In this document: piece after piece, positions 10,191 through 23,680 of the stretch
How the letters are laid out: the number at the start of each line of letters is the position of its first letter
Numbering within the stretch: the first letter of the stretch is position 1
DNA from: Octopus sinensis
Taxonomy: Eukaryota
Length of the DNA stretch: 64,000 nt
Reading direction: 5' to 3'
Assembly: GCF_006345805.1 (NCBI RefSeq)
Contig: NC_042997.1
Span: 155,744,001-155,808,000 of the forward strand
Translations under genes and position numbers: made by a program
The notes under the pieces: model-generated
The model's input: the letters and a program-made list of their open reading frames with translations, nothing else
Told to the model about the DNA's origin: nothing
Databases searched by the model: none

Positions 10191-10472
10191 ATGAAAAGTG
10201 TTATTTCCCTTGAGTGTTTAAAAAGAATAGTGTAGGGGTATGAGTTATTTCCCTTGGGTATCTAAAAAAATTAGTTATATAAGGTATATATAAAGGTCCC
10301 TTCCAGGGACTGTATTATTGAATTTTTCAACAATCTAAGTAAGTCACGAGGTTTCCAGACATGAGTTCTACCTATGTGTCAAGTTTCATTAAAATCAATA
10401 AAACAATGTAGGAGGAGTTAGCTAACAACGTCACAAACAAACACACACTGATTTTCCACATATGTAGTAGAT

Positions 10473-10723
10473 TGTTATGTTTTAATACAGAATTATCATA
10501 TTACTCAAATCTCACTTAAATAATGGAGCAATATATACTCAAAAATACACGCTGATTAAAGCGGAACCTAAAAATCCACATGCAAAACAAAGCAGTATGC
10601 AAATTAGAAGAACTATTATTTGCACAAATTAACAAAATACAAATACATTTATTAAAGGAGGTAAAGTCACCAAACTCAGTTCAATACCAAGTCAGAACAG
10701 AACTGAATTAGAAAAATATAACA
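10473..10723 (-). mobile_element. 3' LTR (251 bp) of the Gypsy element, with polypurine tract
   Basis: TGTTAT...ATAACA terminal inverted repeat. Minus-strand GGGGAGG PPT (10724-10730) abuts the LTR start. Minus-strand AATAAA inside. Confidence 0.75.
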
Positions 10724-13700
10724 CCTCCCCAGCAAGTATGGAATATAAAACATAAATTACTCAGTATGACAACAAAATTGAGCACAAATAAATCAGTATT
10801 GTGACACATAATAGTCCGGAGGTTTTCTTCATCTCGTTGATCTTGGATATTGACAACTGTATTCTGGAATTGAGTTATTGTTGCTCGGAGCTAACGATGA
10901 GCTAACAGGTTCTTCTTCATCTCCCGGCTCTTGGTCATCTTCCGAAGAATATCGAAGTTGCAATTGTTCTAGATGAAGTCTCCAAATGGGACCTCTAGGC
11001 ATAACTTGAACATGAAACGTTCGTGTTCCTTGTTTCTTCACAGCTATAGCTGGAACCCAACGTAGATCTTGGTTTTTCTTTGGTCCAAAATACAGAGCAT
11101 AGCATGGATCACCAACTTGAAATTGATTGGAAGTTTTAAGTACATCTCTCTCGGTAGTCCTTTTCAATTTGGATTGGGCCAAATGAACTGGAGATGGAAG
11201 CAAGATGTCAATCTTGGTGCATAATTGACAACTCTTGAGTAATTCACTTGGTGAGTAGCCACTAGTGGTAGGTGTTCTCCTGAATTGCATCGAGAATGCC
11301 AGCAAAGCTTCTTTAGGTATTTTGGAACACTTTCGTAATGCTTGCTGGAAAGTCTGAATCAAGTGCTCAGCAGCTCCATTCGTTGAAGGATGATAGGAAG
11401 CTCTTGTTAGATGAATAATACTTCTCTCCTTACAGTAGTTTTGAAATTCTTCAGAAGTAAAGCAGGTGGCATTGTCAGACATGATGGTATATGGATATCC
11501 AAATTGTGCAAAATCTTCCTCTATCAAATCCATTGTAGTCTTACTGGAAACTGAAGTAGTGGTATGGATACATGGGTATTTAGTGTATGCATCAGCGACT
11601 ACTAACCAATTACGCTCTAGAAAGTTGATGGCATGATCTACATGCATACGAGACCAAGGCTTTTCGGGCATTATCCATGGATGGATTGCTGGTTTAGGTG
11701 GTGCCTTTCTGTGTTCACAGCAAGAAGTGCAGCGGTGGCAAAGATCTATGATTTCTGCATCAATGTTTGGTCAGTATACTGCAGTCTGCGCTAATTGCTT
11801 CATCTGTTGCATACTGAGATGACTTGGTGTAGCAGGTGTAAGATTCATTCTTGTAGACTGGTAGGAATGACAAGTCTCATTCATACCGTACAGTAAACAT
11901 CCATGACATGTGCTCAAAGACTGGGAAAGCTTTTGGAATTGCTCTACTGGATCATCAGAGTCAAGATGTGAAGGCCAACCTTCTCATGTAAAATGCATCA
12001 CTTGTGCCAAAACTGGATGTTTAGAGGACTCCTTTCTGACTAATTTTGAATCTGTAGGCTGGACTTGTAAACTAATCATTTCAATTGCACACACAACGTC
12101 AGTATCATCAATTTCTTCCTCCCCATCAAAGATGGAGTCCTCTCCAGCAGGAAGGTGGCTAAGAGCATCTGCATTTTGATGAAGGTTGCTTTTCTGATAC
12201 TCTATGACATAGGAAAATTGGTTGAGAAAAAATACCCAGCAAGCCAAACCTGGCACTGGCTTGTTAGGACCAAAAATTGACAGGAGTGGTTTATGATCAG
12301 TTACCAGAATGAATAGTCTGCCAAAAACATACTGATAAAACTTCTTTAGGGCAAAAACTTATTGTCAGGGTCTCCTTTTGCATCTGGCTGTAATTGCGTT
12401 GAGATGCAGAAATAAGCTTGGAGACATTAGCTATTGGTTTTTCATCTCCATTTGAATAACAATGGAACAAGGTTGCTCCAATACTGATACTGGATATGCC
12501 ACATGCTATTCCCAATGGCACAGCAGGATCAAAATGAACCAGAACTGAATCGGATGTAAGGAGGTCCTTCAACTTCAGGAAAGTGGCTTGTTCCAGTTCA
12601 CCTCAGTTCCACTCAGCTTCATCATGCAAAAGCCTGTAGAGAGGTGAAGCAACTGTAGAAAAACTAGGAGGCAAAAACTTTGAATAAAATTGCACTGATT
12701 CCAAAAATGACCGCAACTCAGATACCTCCTTGGGTGCCGACATGTTGATGACAGCATCTACTTTGCGACCTTTTGAAATGCCTTGTTTGGAAAGTATGTG
12801 TCCCGGATATTTCAATTTGGGTTAGGCGAATTGACACTTCTCTCTGCGACATTGAAGACCTTTTTTCTGTAGACGCTGAAGTAAACGTTCCAGGTTCTGT
12901 AAGTGAGACTCTATATCCAGACTGCTGACCAATATGTCATCTAAGTAGACACCAACATCTGGTAGATCATTTATGATGTCATCCATTATCTTTTGAAAAT
13001 ATCCAGGGGCTGAAGAAATTCTGATTGGTAACACATTTTGAAGTAAAACTCCTTGGTGAGTGCTTAAAGCTAGATATCTTCGACTCTCTGGAGCAAGCTT
13101 GATTTGGTTGTAAGCATCCGCGCAGTCAATTTTTGTGAATCCATGACCTCCTCCTAATTTTCACATCAATTCTTCTGGTAATGGAAGTGGATGTTGATGA
13201 ATTTCCAACTGAGAATTTACTGTCACAGAATAATCACCACAAATTCGTAAGGGCGTACCTGTAGTTTGGGACGTCTGTTTTTTTCGGACTGGAACAACTG
13301 GAGTACCCCATTCATTGAATGGAACCGGAGTCCAAATTCCTTTCTTTATGCCAGCATTAATAGCTTGAGTTAAATCAGCTTGGAGAGTGAAAGGAACAGA
13401 CTCTGGTTTGCAGAAAAGAGGCTTAGCATTGGATTTGAATTGCATATCCAGCTCAAAACCTTGAAGACAGCCCAACTCTGGCTTGAACAACTCCACATAT
13501 TCATTGCAAAGTTTCGAACATGACTCTTGCAAATGTGCATCTACTTCACGGAGATGAGAAGATAGCACCTTTACTTCCATGTTAGATTCCCTGGAAAACA
13601 GAAGATTGTCAATTGAAATCTTTAGTTTTGTAATAGCATCTCGTCTTAATAAGTTCAAATTTTGAACTTTGGAAACGTGGTACATGATGGCACAAGTTTT

Positions 13701-14050
13701 ATCAGCATGGGGTTTAACACTGGTTTAACCCACAAAAGTACCTACAATTGGAAGAGCGTGTGTTTGCTAGCTGATTGATACTGCAAGGTAGCTGGTTGAA
13801 GTTCCGGTTTTCCCAATTCTGACCATAATTCTTCTGAAATGAAGTTTCCTCCTATTGCAGTGTCCAGCTCCATGTGCACCAGCTTGGAATGGATATGGAC
13901 TCGAACAAGTAATTGGGGAACCCAGCAAGAATTATCAGAAACAGTAGAAAGGTTACAAATTTCTAGACTTCTTACCGTATTACCAGCATTACTAGGATTT
14001 TGCAACCATGCTTTCTTTCGGCATACTAACTCTAAGCGCACTCGAATCTT
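10473..14050 (-). mobile_element. Degenerate Ty3/Gypsy LTR retrotransposon (protease-RT-RNaseH-integrase), 5' truncated
   Basis: Minus ORFs: protease LDTA (13742-14041), RT with YLDD (12603-13685), RNase H (12297-12572), integrase KPWSRMHVD...DNA..F...GAAE (10829-11671). Domain order PR-RT-RH-IN. Multiple frameshifts and stops. Confidence 0.92.
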
Positions 14051-14130
14051 TCCAGCGTGCCAGCCCAGTCAAACAGTTCAACCCATGCTAGCATGGACAA
14101 CGGATGTTAAATGATGATGATGATGATGAT
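14050..14130 (+). mobile_element. RTE-tail SINE 3' end truncating the Gypsy gag region
   Basis: caacccatgctagcatgga...gttaaat(gat)n. Confidence 0.75.
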
Positions 14131-14934
14131 AAACATCTTAAACAAGCAAATAACTTAATTCTAATAGATCATTTCACACTTTTACTTCTCTACCTCATCC
14201 TTCATTCTTTTGCTGTGATGTAACAAAATTAGATCGTTTGATCATTTAGTATGTTTATATTTATAGTGCAAGAAGAAAAATAATCAATAATGGAAGAATT
14301 TAAAGAACAGAAATATTTGATAAATAAACTGTTTCCATTTTTTTGCTTATGTCTTCAATATTGTATCCCTGAAATGTTACAAGTTCTCTAATAAAGCCCT
14401 TTTTAAAATTGTAAATAAATGTCTTTTAAAACCATATTTGTTATTTCTCCTTAAAATATTTCAAAATTTGGTGCTTTGATCTTTCAATACTATCACATTT
14501 GGTTTTCTAAATTTTCAGTCTTTCAAACTATTAATTTTTTAATATTTCAGTCTTTTGAAATTTGGCCTTGTTGTGTAAGTCTTATCAGCATCTATTTGAA
14601 AGAATCTAGCTAAACTTTGAGTGAAAAAGAAAGTAATCACCCCAGAACAAATAACTAAGTTATACCTATTCTTTACCAACACTATCTCGACTATTTGCAC
14701 TCCTCTTTATAAGCTAACATTATCCTTCTGTATTGCAAGCCATCATTCCCTCCAAGTGACATGCTATTGACATCCATCACATTCTCTTATCACCGACCAT
14801 TCTCATGACTATTCATAATTTATTCTCTTAATGGTTACCAGCAAATATGTGGTAGCCATTAGTGTCTCTCTTCCATTACTGTCTCTATTTAAGCCCTACT
14901 GTTACTGCCTCTCTGCCACTATCACGTCCCATTC

Positions 14935-16812
14935 GATAGGGTAGACCATGAGTACCTGGCGACGGTCCTCGAAGCGGCTGGACTGGGCCCTGAATTTCGC
15001 GGGTGGATCTCCGCTATGTATAGCGGCATCAAGTCCACCGTCCAGATAAACGGTTACCTAACGGAACCGTTTTCGATTGAATGTTCAGTTCGTCAAGGGT
15101 GCCCCTTGTCACCACTTTTGTACGTGTTGGCTCTTGAGCCATTGCTGCGAAAGTTGGAGAGGCTGGGAAGCAACTCGGATGAGATCGGAGGTGGGAGGAC
15201 GGTTACTGCTTATGCGGATGACGTCACCCTCATCGTGTCCAATGAGGCCCAGCTACCTTGTGTGGAAGAGGCTATCAGAGGATACGAGGCGGTGGCAGGA
15301 GCAAAGGTTAACAAGGACAAGTCGGTTGGCTTGCGCCTCGGCACCTGGAGGAGCAAGTCGATATCGTCCAGCGTCGTGGGACACTGGACGGATGGCCCTG
15401 TTAAGTTGCTAGGAGTCTGGTTTGGGCCAGACTCCCAAACGGAGAGGAACTGGAGTGAGGTGACGAGCAAGGTGGAGGCCATAGTACGGACCTGGTCCGG
15501 AAGGTTTCTGTCCTTGAAAGGAAGAGCGGAGGTGGTACAGATGTTCATTGCATCTGTAATCACTTACCGCCTGACCGTTGTCCCTTGCCCCGGTTCATGG
15601 CTTAACAAGTTGGAGCGAATCCTTTTCCGCTTTTTGTGGAAGGGAGGAAAGCCACTTGTGAGGCGCTCCGTTTGCTGCCAGGAACCGTTAAAGGGTGGGT
15701 TAGGAATGCCTTGGTTGATGATGCGCAGACATGCGTTGAGGCTGAAGCATCTCTGGCACCACCTGGAGGGTGATAAGGTGTGGAGTCCGCTGGCAGGGAA
15801 ATTTTTCCCGAGACTGGCCTCCTTAGCGGATTTTAAACCCGGTCGCATCAAAAGATGGAAACTGACTTTATGGCAAAGGGAGTGCCGACAGGCACTCACG
15901 CTGATCCACAAGGCGAGCAAGGCCGGCTGCGGAAATACCACCTCGGTATTTTATAGAAGGCTGGTAGAGGCAAAGAACGACGACGTCCTAGGAGGGGCTC
16001 TGGGGTTTGACGAAGACCAGCTTACCAACCTGTTTAAAAAGACTTTCAGGACGGGGTACTTGGATAATTTCCAAAGATCCCTGGCCTGGCAGTGCTATAG
16101 GAATGCTCTACCTGTTCGCGAGAAGTTATCGCGGCACGGAATTCCAGTGCCACCGACGTGTCCAAGGTGCGAGTTGGACGATGAAACCGTCCAGCACGCT
16201 TTTGTACACTGTCGGAAGTTGTCAGACTTGATAAGTTACGCAGAACACGTGTTATCGCATCTGGGACGAGTACAGCTGTCGGCTGAGTCTATGATTAAGA
16301 TGATACCGCCAACTGGACTCTCGAAGGAAGGTGAGGCATGTTTTCACTGCACGGTTGCAGTAGTAAAAGAATGCATGTGGAGAACAAGAATGGAAGGAGT
16401 CGCGATAGGATCCTTTGTCTCGGGCCCCGGCTTGCTCACTTACTTCAGATATCATCTGAAGAGCAAAATGGGGCTGGAAAAGAGGAACTTACCACGGGGT
16501 GTGTATGAGAAAAGATGGAAGGAAGTGGAAAAAAAGGTGGGTGTCAGAAACCCAGCTTAACTATGGAGGGAGGTGAGGAAATAAAAGCTGCGGGGCCTTA
16601 TAAATTGCCGGGGTTTGAAACTTCGGTAAGATCGAAAGGTTATGAACTGTGATAAGATTCTATTGGTCACATAAAGGACAATTTATAGACGAATTTTTTA
16701 ATCCAAATGTTATGGAAAATTTTTAAATCGAACCTCTTAATTATTTGTTTTGCATGTATGTTATGTATTTGTAATTCTATGTAAACGATTGTATAATCGT
16801 AATAAAGAAATT
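14935..16812 (+). mobile_element. Young 5'-truncated L1/Tx1-clade non-LTR retrotransposon with 17-bp TSD
   Basis: Uninterrupted frame 14935-16560 (DRVDHEY...RQGCPLSPLLY...YADDV...CPRCELDDETVQHAFVHC, an RT plus zinc-knuckle-type C-terminus). The 3' UTR ends in AATAAA. ACTATCACGTCCCATTC is present at 14918-14934 and 16813-16829. Confidence 0.93.
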
Positions 16813-17572
16813 ACTATCACGTCCCATTCCTTACCTCTTTTACACTGTCACCCCAATCATTCTGTACCCCATCTAACATTGTGCTCTTGCCTCTTCCACT
16901 CTTCACTCTAGTTCATCTCCCTCTTTTCTGCCTATTTGTCATGTGTTGACCAAAATGAGAGACAGTGGTGAGAGCTCTTTTGTTTTACGAGTACAAAGCA
17001 ACTACGTTAGTGCTGATATCCTAATAAAATACACTCCTTTGCTATCTGTTGGTGTTAAGAAGGGCATCAAGCCATAGAAAGCAGACAAAAAAATACAACC
17101 TATAAGGGAAAGGTCCCAAACCTTGACGACCCATTCAACCTATACAACCAAAAAAAGCGGACGTAAAACTATGATTGATGATATACATACATACAAGTAT
17201 GTCTGTATGGTTGCAATGTATAATATGTATGCGTGAGTGTATGTGATCTCAACGCCAAGGTATCTTTGTTCTAACTACCAATGTCAACCGCAAGAGTGCG
17301 CTGCAAATAACAAATGATATCGTACTTGTCGGCAGACGCAGTCACAGCCACCACCTCTGCCTCTACCGCGTTCTCTTGTCCGTCTCAACCAAGCTGCCAT
17401 ATTGAGGCTTTAACAATATTGGTTGGTGTGGAACAAATAATTCGACAGTCTAAACCTCTTAGTTCACTCACACACACTTATAAATATATATATACACACA
17501 TATATACGTACACACCTACACACACATTCTACAGATACGCTTACACATTTATATCCTTAAGAAACAGGCAGC

Positions 17573-17703
17573 ATGGCTGATGTTCTTAGCATTCTTCGTC
17601 AGTATAATATCAACAAAAAGGAGATAATTGATAAAGGCGATCAAGTTATATTTGGAGAATTCGCTTGGCCAAAATCAACTAAAACTAATTACATTGTTTG
17701 GGG
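17573..17703 (+). CDS. CDC73: Parafibromin, coding exon 1
   Basis: [44 protein letters not shown]; 131 nt; donor GG|gtaagt. Confidence 0.97.
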
Positions 17704-20700
17704 GTAAGTACCTGTTTTGTCTTTAAAATCTCATCCCATTTTTTATTTTCATCCTATATATAGTTGATTTCTCTTTTTTTCCCCTCTCCACCACTGCTTA
17801 TGCGCATCTTATATTTTATTCATTACACCTCTCAGGTCTTCAGACGAACTAACACTAATTTTGTTTACTGATTTTTCTCAGACTTTTAATAATACCCACA
17901 TTGTTATCGTAATGCCTTTAAATTTTAAGGTGCTAACAACTTATTTTTGTCTTGTGGTTCACTGAAACCCCTTCACCACCGAATAATATATATATATATT
18001 TTACACGATGTATGTATATAATGTATACATGATTGCATGTTATAATCTAATGCGTGTATATGTGTGGACCAATTCTGGAATTTTGTAAATATAGTTAGTA
18101 ACTCTTAAGATTCTAAGGTATATTTTATTTTCCTGAATACTGTTTACGTTTTTACTTCCTACACAACAGAAATAAAATGTGGATACAGTGTATATGATGA
18201 CAATAATCTTAACAGGTCTATCGTTGAATTCATTCGTTCCTCAAAATTCAACGTTTGTTTTTCTGTCTGTCTCTACCTTGTTAAACTATTTAATTTGAAA
18301 GTAAAACGGGAAGTTCTCTATTTTAAGTTAATGTTAGAACATTTTAAAAATATTTTATCCCAGAATATTCTCTGTGGAACTTGCTGTTGTTTCCGGATGA
18401 GATTCAAAATAATTTTGAATATATTTTTATTAAATGTGAAATAAACGAGTTGGTGTTATATAAAAAATAGTTTTTGCAATCTGTCTGATATTTCATTTTC
18501 TATTTCGTTTAATTTTGTTCAGTATACAAGAAAAGGTTGTAAGATTTAAGTCATAACTATTTCTTCTACAAATGTCGAGTGTATGTATGTATATGAAATT
18601 TATATTTGAAACTATAAGTGCATTTATAAGCATAAAACGACGAATGTAGAGTAAAGAGGATTCAATATATACGAGCCAACGAAACTTTAGAGCCATAGTC
18701 ACCCTGTATTTCGTTTGAAAAATGTGTGTGTAAATTTTTTTTAGGTTTAATTAATATTTTCAGGTTTTTCATATAAATTTAAAACTAGTCTTTTACTGAT
18801 ACATTTTAAGCACAGTTATTAGAGGAGTTATTAGAAATAGTGTTGAAAGGAATAAAAGTAACACTATTGTTTGGTTTATAAATTTAAAATTATACTACTT
18901 AAGTTGCATTTTAAAACTTAAAATCGTATATTGGTAATTTTTAAAAAAAAATTTATAATATATTTTTTTTACATGCTTGCATTCCACTACACTGATTTTC
19001 TTGCCTGCCATAAGTGAAGTGTAAAAAGTAATTACCTACAATAAAATAAAATTTATGAAACCAATGTCTAGAAACTACTACTTTTCAAAGTAGATAACTA
19101 TTAATTTATACGAAATCACTTTTGTGGATATTTCAAGAATAAATGCTGTAAATGTTCTTGATATCTTTTGCTTTGATAGATTAATCAGATAAAAGAAATT
19201 AAGGGTTAAAGTTAGTGTTACAAAAGTAATAATTCTAAGTTTTTAAGTAACCAACCGTAAGTAGTCTTATTAAAATGATTCCATTGCGTTGGTAAAATTT
19301 AATAAAAGCCTTAATTCTTATTTAATTATATTTAGTAATGAAGTCGTTATGGCAATGATTAAAGAACAATGTGCAGAGATGATGGAAGCAAAATGTAGGT
19401 GATATATATAACCGGAGCGTTGAATATGAAACATTAGAATTCTTATATATTGGACATGGGGGTTTGGTATTCTTTATTTATTATTGTCGTAGACGAGTTA
19501 ACATTTAACTCTTCGTCTATTTCATAATTTCTCTCTCTACTCCATCCTTTTGTACATTGGTATAAACTATGACATCTTGCCAAAAACCTTAACTTCGTGT
19601 CAACAGTATGTCATCACATCTCTAATGAATTTTTTGATTTTGGTGAAATGCAGTGTAGTGATCTCTCTGATCCGTATAGGTACAGAAAATAGATTATGTT
19701 AGGATTAATTGCAATGTATATTGTTTACAATTGTTGTTTAGAATCAGGTCGGCTTTGATTCGGCATATCTTTCACCCAGCTATCTTTTTAGAAGATATCC
19801 CGGACTATTTTACGTAACGTTATTTTAGACATTAGGTTGTGATTTGAAGGAAATTTGGCTGCTATTTGTACTTGGATAAGCGACCACACAGTAGATCTCT
19901 TGTTGGCTCGTAGTGGAGGGAGTTGCTTTTATAGTTTTAATACCATCCTTTTTTTAAATTTCGTGTTTCTTGTTATCAGGAAATGAACCCCACTTAATTA
20001 ATTTCAGTCCTTGGATTCAGATCCAAAATATTGCACTTATTTAAATGAATTAGGAAAATATCTGAGAATGAAAGATACTGAAACTATCTTCCAAGTCATG
20101 TCCCTTCACATCCCTCTAAAAACAAAAACACCTAACTCCAAATCCACCAAGTAGTTCACTTGTAGCTATACTGAAGTAGTAGAGGAAAAGAACATGTCAT
20201 CTTACAAAACTCTCTCACATTTAACTATCAGATTACTTTTACCCAGTACTGCAACTCCTGAAAATGCAAAATATCCTTCTGGACCCCCACCCAAACTGCA
20301 AGCTCTCTCATTTTCCCAAACTGGCCATAATTTTTGAAAGTATCTTCCAACTTTGTGGAATCCTACTCACCACTTCTCTTCTGTGATAGCTCTATAAGCA
20401 GTTCTCTTGTGAAAGCACTCCTAGTTACTTCAACCCAAAAAGGCTTTTGGCTTTGACTATATCTTTTCCATTACCTTCAGATTGTGTGTCTTCAGTGGTC
20501 TGTACTGTCTTCTGGAAATATACTACGTTGTGTCTCATTCCCAACAGTAACTTTTGCCTTATATTGACCTTTCATTCTCACTTTCAACATCTCAAAGATG
20601 TTGCAGACAGTTAACAGTCTCACTGTTTCTTCTTACTAATTTTCATTATTTTCTAATCTTCCACACACAAGCATCATTCACATGCAATCTTTACGTCTCA

Positions 20701-21112
20701 CATTATTACAGCTATGAATGAAGATTTCAAACAATCTCCAGTGTGGACATATTAACTCTGTAACCATTTCTCATATCAAAGAGACAGTCTTGCACCTCAT
20801 CTCCATTAGTTTTTGACATGTTATTAAAACTCTCAAAATTACTACAAGTGTTAAACCTCAGAATCACTGATTTTTGTCACTCTCATTCATAACAACAAAG
20901 ACTGATCTTCCTCTTCAGAGCCAGAAAAGTCTTCTGCTCTGTGAGATCCACAAATGAATACTGCTCCAACATACTAAATTACACCTACAAGAAGGCAACC
21001 AGGCTGATTGACAAGGAGTCACTCACCAATATATTTCAATTAGTACTTCACAGATGCATTGTCCCCTCTAGCTACTGTCTCTACTGTTACTACATTGGTT
21101 TCCACTCCCCTT

Positions 21113-22140
21113 CATCATCATTTACTGTCTGTTTTCCGTGCTGACATTAGTTGGACAGTTAGATTGGAAACTGGTAAGCTAGGGAGCTACACCAGGTTCC
21201 AATCTGATTTGGCATGGTTTCTACAGCTGGATGCCCATCCTAACACTAACCACTTCAAGAATGTAGTGGGTGCTTTTTATGCTACCAGCATAGGTGCCAA
21301 GCATGGTATATCACCAAAAGTCTTGGTCATTTGCTACTGCCTCCATGAGGCTCAATGTTTGAAGGGTGCTAGTTATGCGACACTGGCTTCGGCCATGACT
21401 ACAATTTCACTTGGCTTAACAGGTTTTCTCAAGTATGGCATATCACTCAATGTTTGAAGGGTGCTTTTTATATGCTACTGGGATGGGTGCCAGATATGCA
21501 ACACTGGCCACAACTATGGTATCACTTGGTTTCACTGGTTTTCTCAAGCATGACATGTTGCCAAAAGTCTTGGTCACTTTGCCTCTGTGAGGCCCAGCAT
21601 TTCAAGATCATGCTTCACCACCTTGTCCCATGTCATCCTTGGTCTACCTCTTCCACAGATTCCCTCTTGAGAGATTGGCATTTCTTCACATAGCTATCCT
21701 CATCCATATGCATCACATGACCATATTAGTACTGTCGTCTCTTCCACACATCTGATGCCTCTTATGTCCAACCTTTCTCTCAAGATGCTTAAACTTTGTT
21801 GTGCATGCACACTAACATTGCATATCCAGTGAACATACTAGCTTCATTTCTTTCAAGCCTACACCTGTGCTTGGCGGTCACAGCCCATGTTTCACTGCTG
21901 TGTAGCATGGCTTTTTCACACTCAAGCATCATACAATCAGCCTTTCCTCAGAACTAGCTAATTGCATACTACCTTTACTCTAGCCCACCCAGCACTCCTT
22001 TCTTTCATCAGTCATACATACCCTCCACCCCAGACTCAAGACTAATCACTTTTTCAGTCCACACCAGAGCATGACCCTCCCCCTCCCTCAACCTGCCTTC
22101 CTAGAATTTTCTTCAACTTTTCCAGCTGATCATCAAATGT
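21113..22140 (-). mobile_element. RTE-like LINE 3' region plus SINE tail (degenerate)
   Basis: (CAT)n tail, ctacagctggatgcc block, and cacagcccatgtttcactgctgtgtagcatggc (LHSSETWAVT) ORF remnant. Confidence 0.7.
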
Positions 22141-22753
22141 GTCAGTCTCCCCAGTCATAAAGAGCCTGTGAAGGTGAACACTATCTCACTTTTCTCTTAA
22201 TCATAGCAGAAAAAACAAAGAAACTAATTTCTTGTCATTGCATATAACACTATCTAATACTAAAGCCTAGGATCTTTAAATAGTGCTGTTTTCTTAACTA
22301 TTGCAAAGAGAATAATGTGCACTATTTTCTAAATGGATTCGCAAAAAGTTATTAAAATTGTGAATTAATTTGGGTACTGAATTAGCAGTCTAGTTAACAG
22401 GATTTCAGGAATACTGTCAAGAAATGACATTGTTGGTGTCTGTGGTGTCTTAATCCTTCTGTCCTTCAGCGGTACCTTAGGCCAACCGTCTATTCAACAT
22501 TAAGTTCTTATCCTTTTTCTATAGAGTGTACCTGCCAATTCCCTTTGTGCTATGTGTTTTTGGAAGAGTTTTTTTTTGCATAAATTCTTCTCATGAACCA
22601 ATGATAGGCCCATTACAAATATATCTTTCATGTGTGTGTGCATATGTATATATCATCATCATCATCATCATGTGTGTTTAGATAATATACACATACATAA
22701 CAGGCTCTTCCACAGTTTCCACTGTCAAATTGGTCAATTTGAGGCTCTGTTAA

Positions 22754-22981
22754 CCCTTTTGTTATCATATTTCTGTTAAAATAAGCTATTTTTTTTTTGT
22801 TTCAATTAATTAAAAAAAATAATGAAGAATTTAGCAAAATGACTGTTCTATAACTAAGCAGGTTTTTGGAATGTAAATCAACATAAAATTTTGCTAAAAA
22901 GTTTTGATCTAGTTCATTTTTAAACAGGATGCTGGTTTCAAAGAACAAGGGATTGTCTCAGGCAGGTTCATGTCAAAAGAG
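22754..22981. mobile_element. Probable piggyBac-like MITE inserted in a minus-strand tRNA-SINE
   Basis: TTAA-CCCTTTTG...CAAAAGAG-TTAG termini (degenerate). Confidence 0.45.
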
Positions 22982-23680
22982 TTAGGAGACATTTGTTTAA
23001 AGTGTTACACAGTGGGCTTGAACCTGGAATCATGTGGTTGCGATGCAGCCTTAACTGCACAGCTACATTTCCCAAATTCTTAGAAGTTTCATCATTCCAT
23101 ATGCCTTGATCATAGTTTTCATGCACTTTTAATTTTCCCAAAGCTCATTGATATTACAGACTTACCAAAGTTGCTAGCTACAATGAAGATATTACTGACA
23201 TCTACTTTTTGAGGTCATTTTAATAATGTTCCATATAACTTGTCTTAGCTTGTTCACATCAAACATGAAAGCTATTTACTATCAGTAAATAACCTGACCA
23301 ACATTTTTACCACTCACCCAAACTATATTTATTACAAGCAAAAAAAAAATCAAGAGTCTAAGAAAAACAAAGGCTGTCTGTGTTGACCAAAATGATTTAG
23401 TGATGTTCATTAATTTGGATAAGTTTGCATGCCAGTGAGAGAAGGGGATCCTGATTTTGGGACTGATTTTATGTTTGAAAGAGAGAGTAGGAAATTTGAG
23501 GTAGTACTAGGTGCAGGTGTGGCTGTGTGACAAGAAGTTTGCTTCCTGACCACATGGTTCTGTGTTCAGTCACATTGTGTGAAACCTTGGGTAAGTGTCT
23601 TATACCATAGCCTTGGGCCGACCAAAGCCTTGTAAGTGGATTTGGTAGACAGAAACTGAAAGAAGCCTGTCATGTGTATA

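Noticed and set aside
5931-14960. The minus-strand L1 fragment ends, and the young plus-strand L1 begins, at the same DRVDH motif (twin-priming or split element?)
   Set aside because: They are 9 kb apart with very different decay, and the young copy is closed by its own TSD. This is best read as coincidence.
15016-16560. 514-aa ORF as a host gene
   Set aside because: It is the RT and C-terminal part of a 5'-truncated LINE bounded by a TSD.
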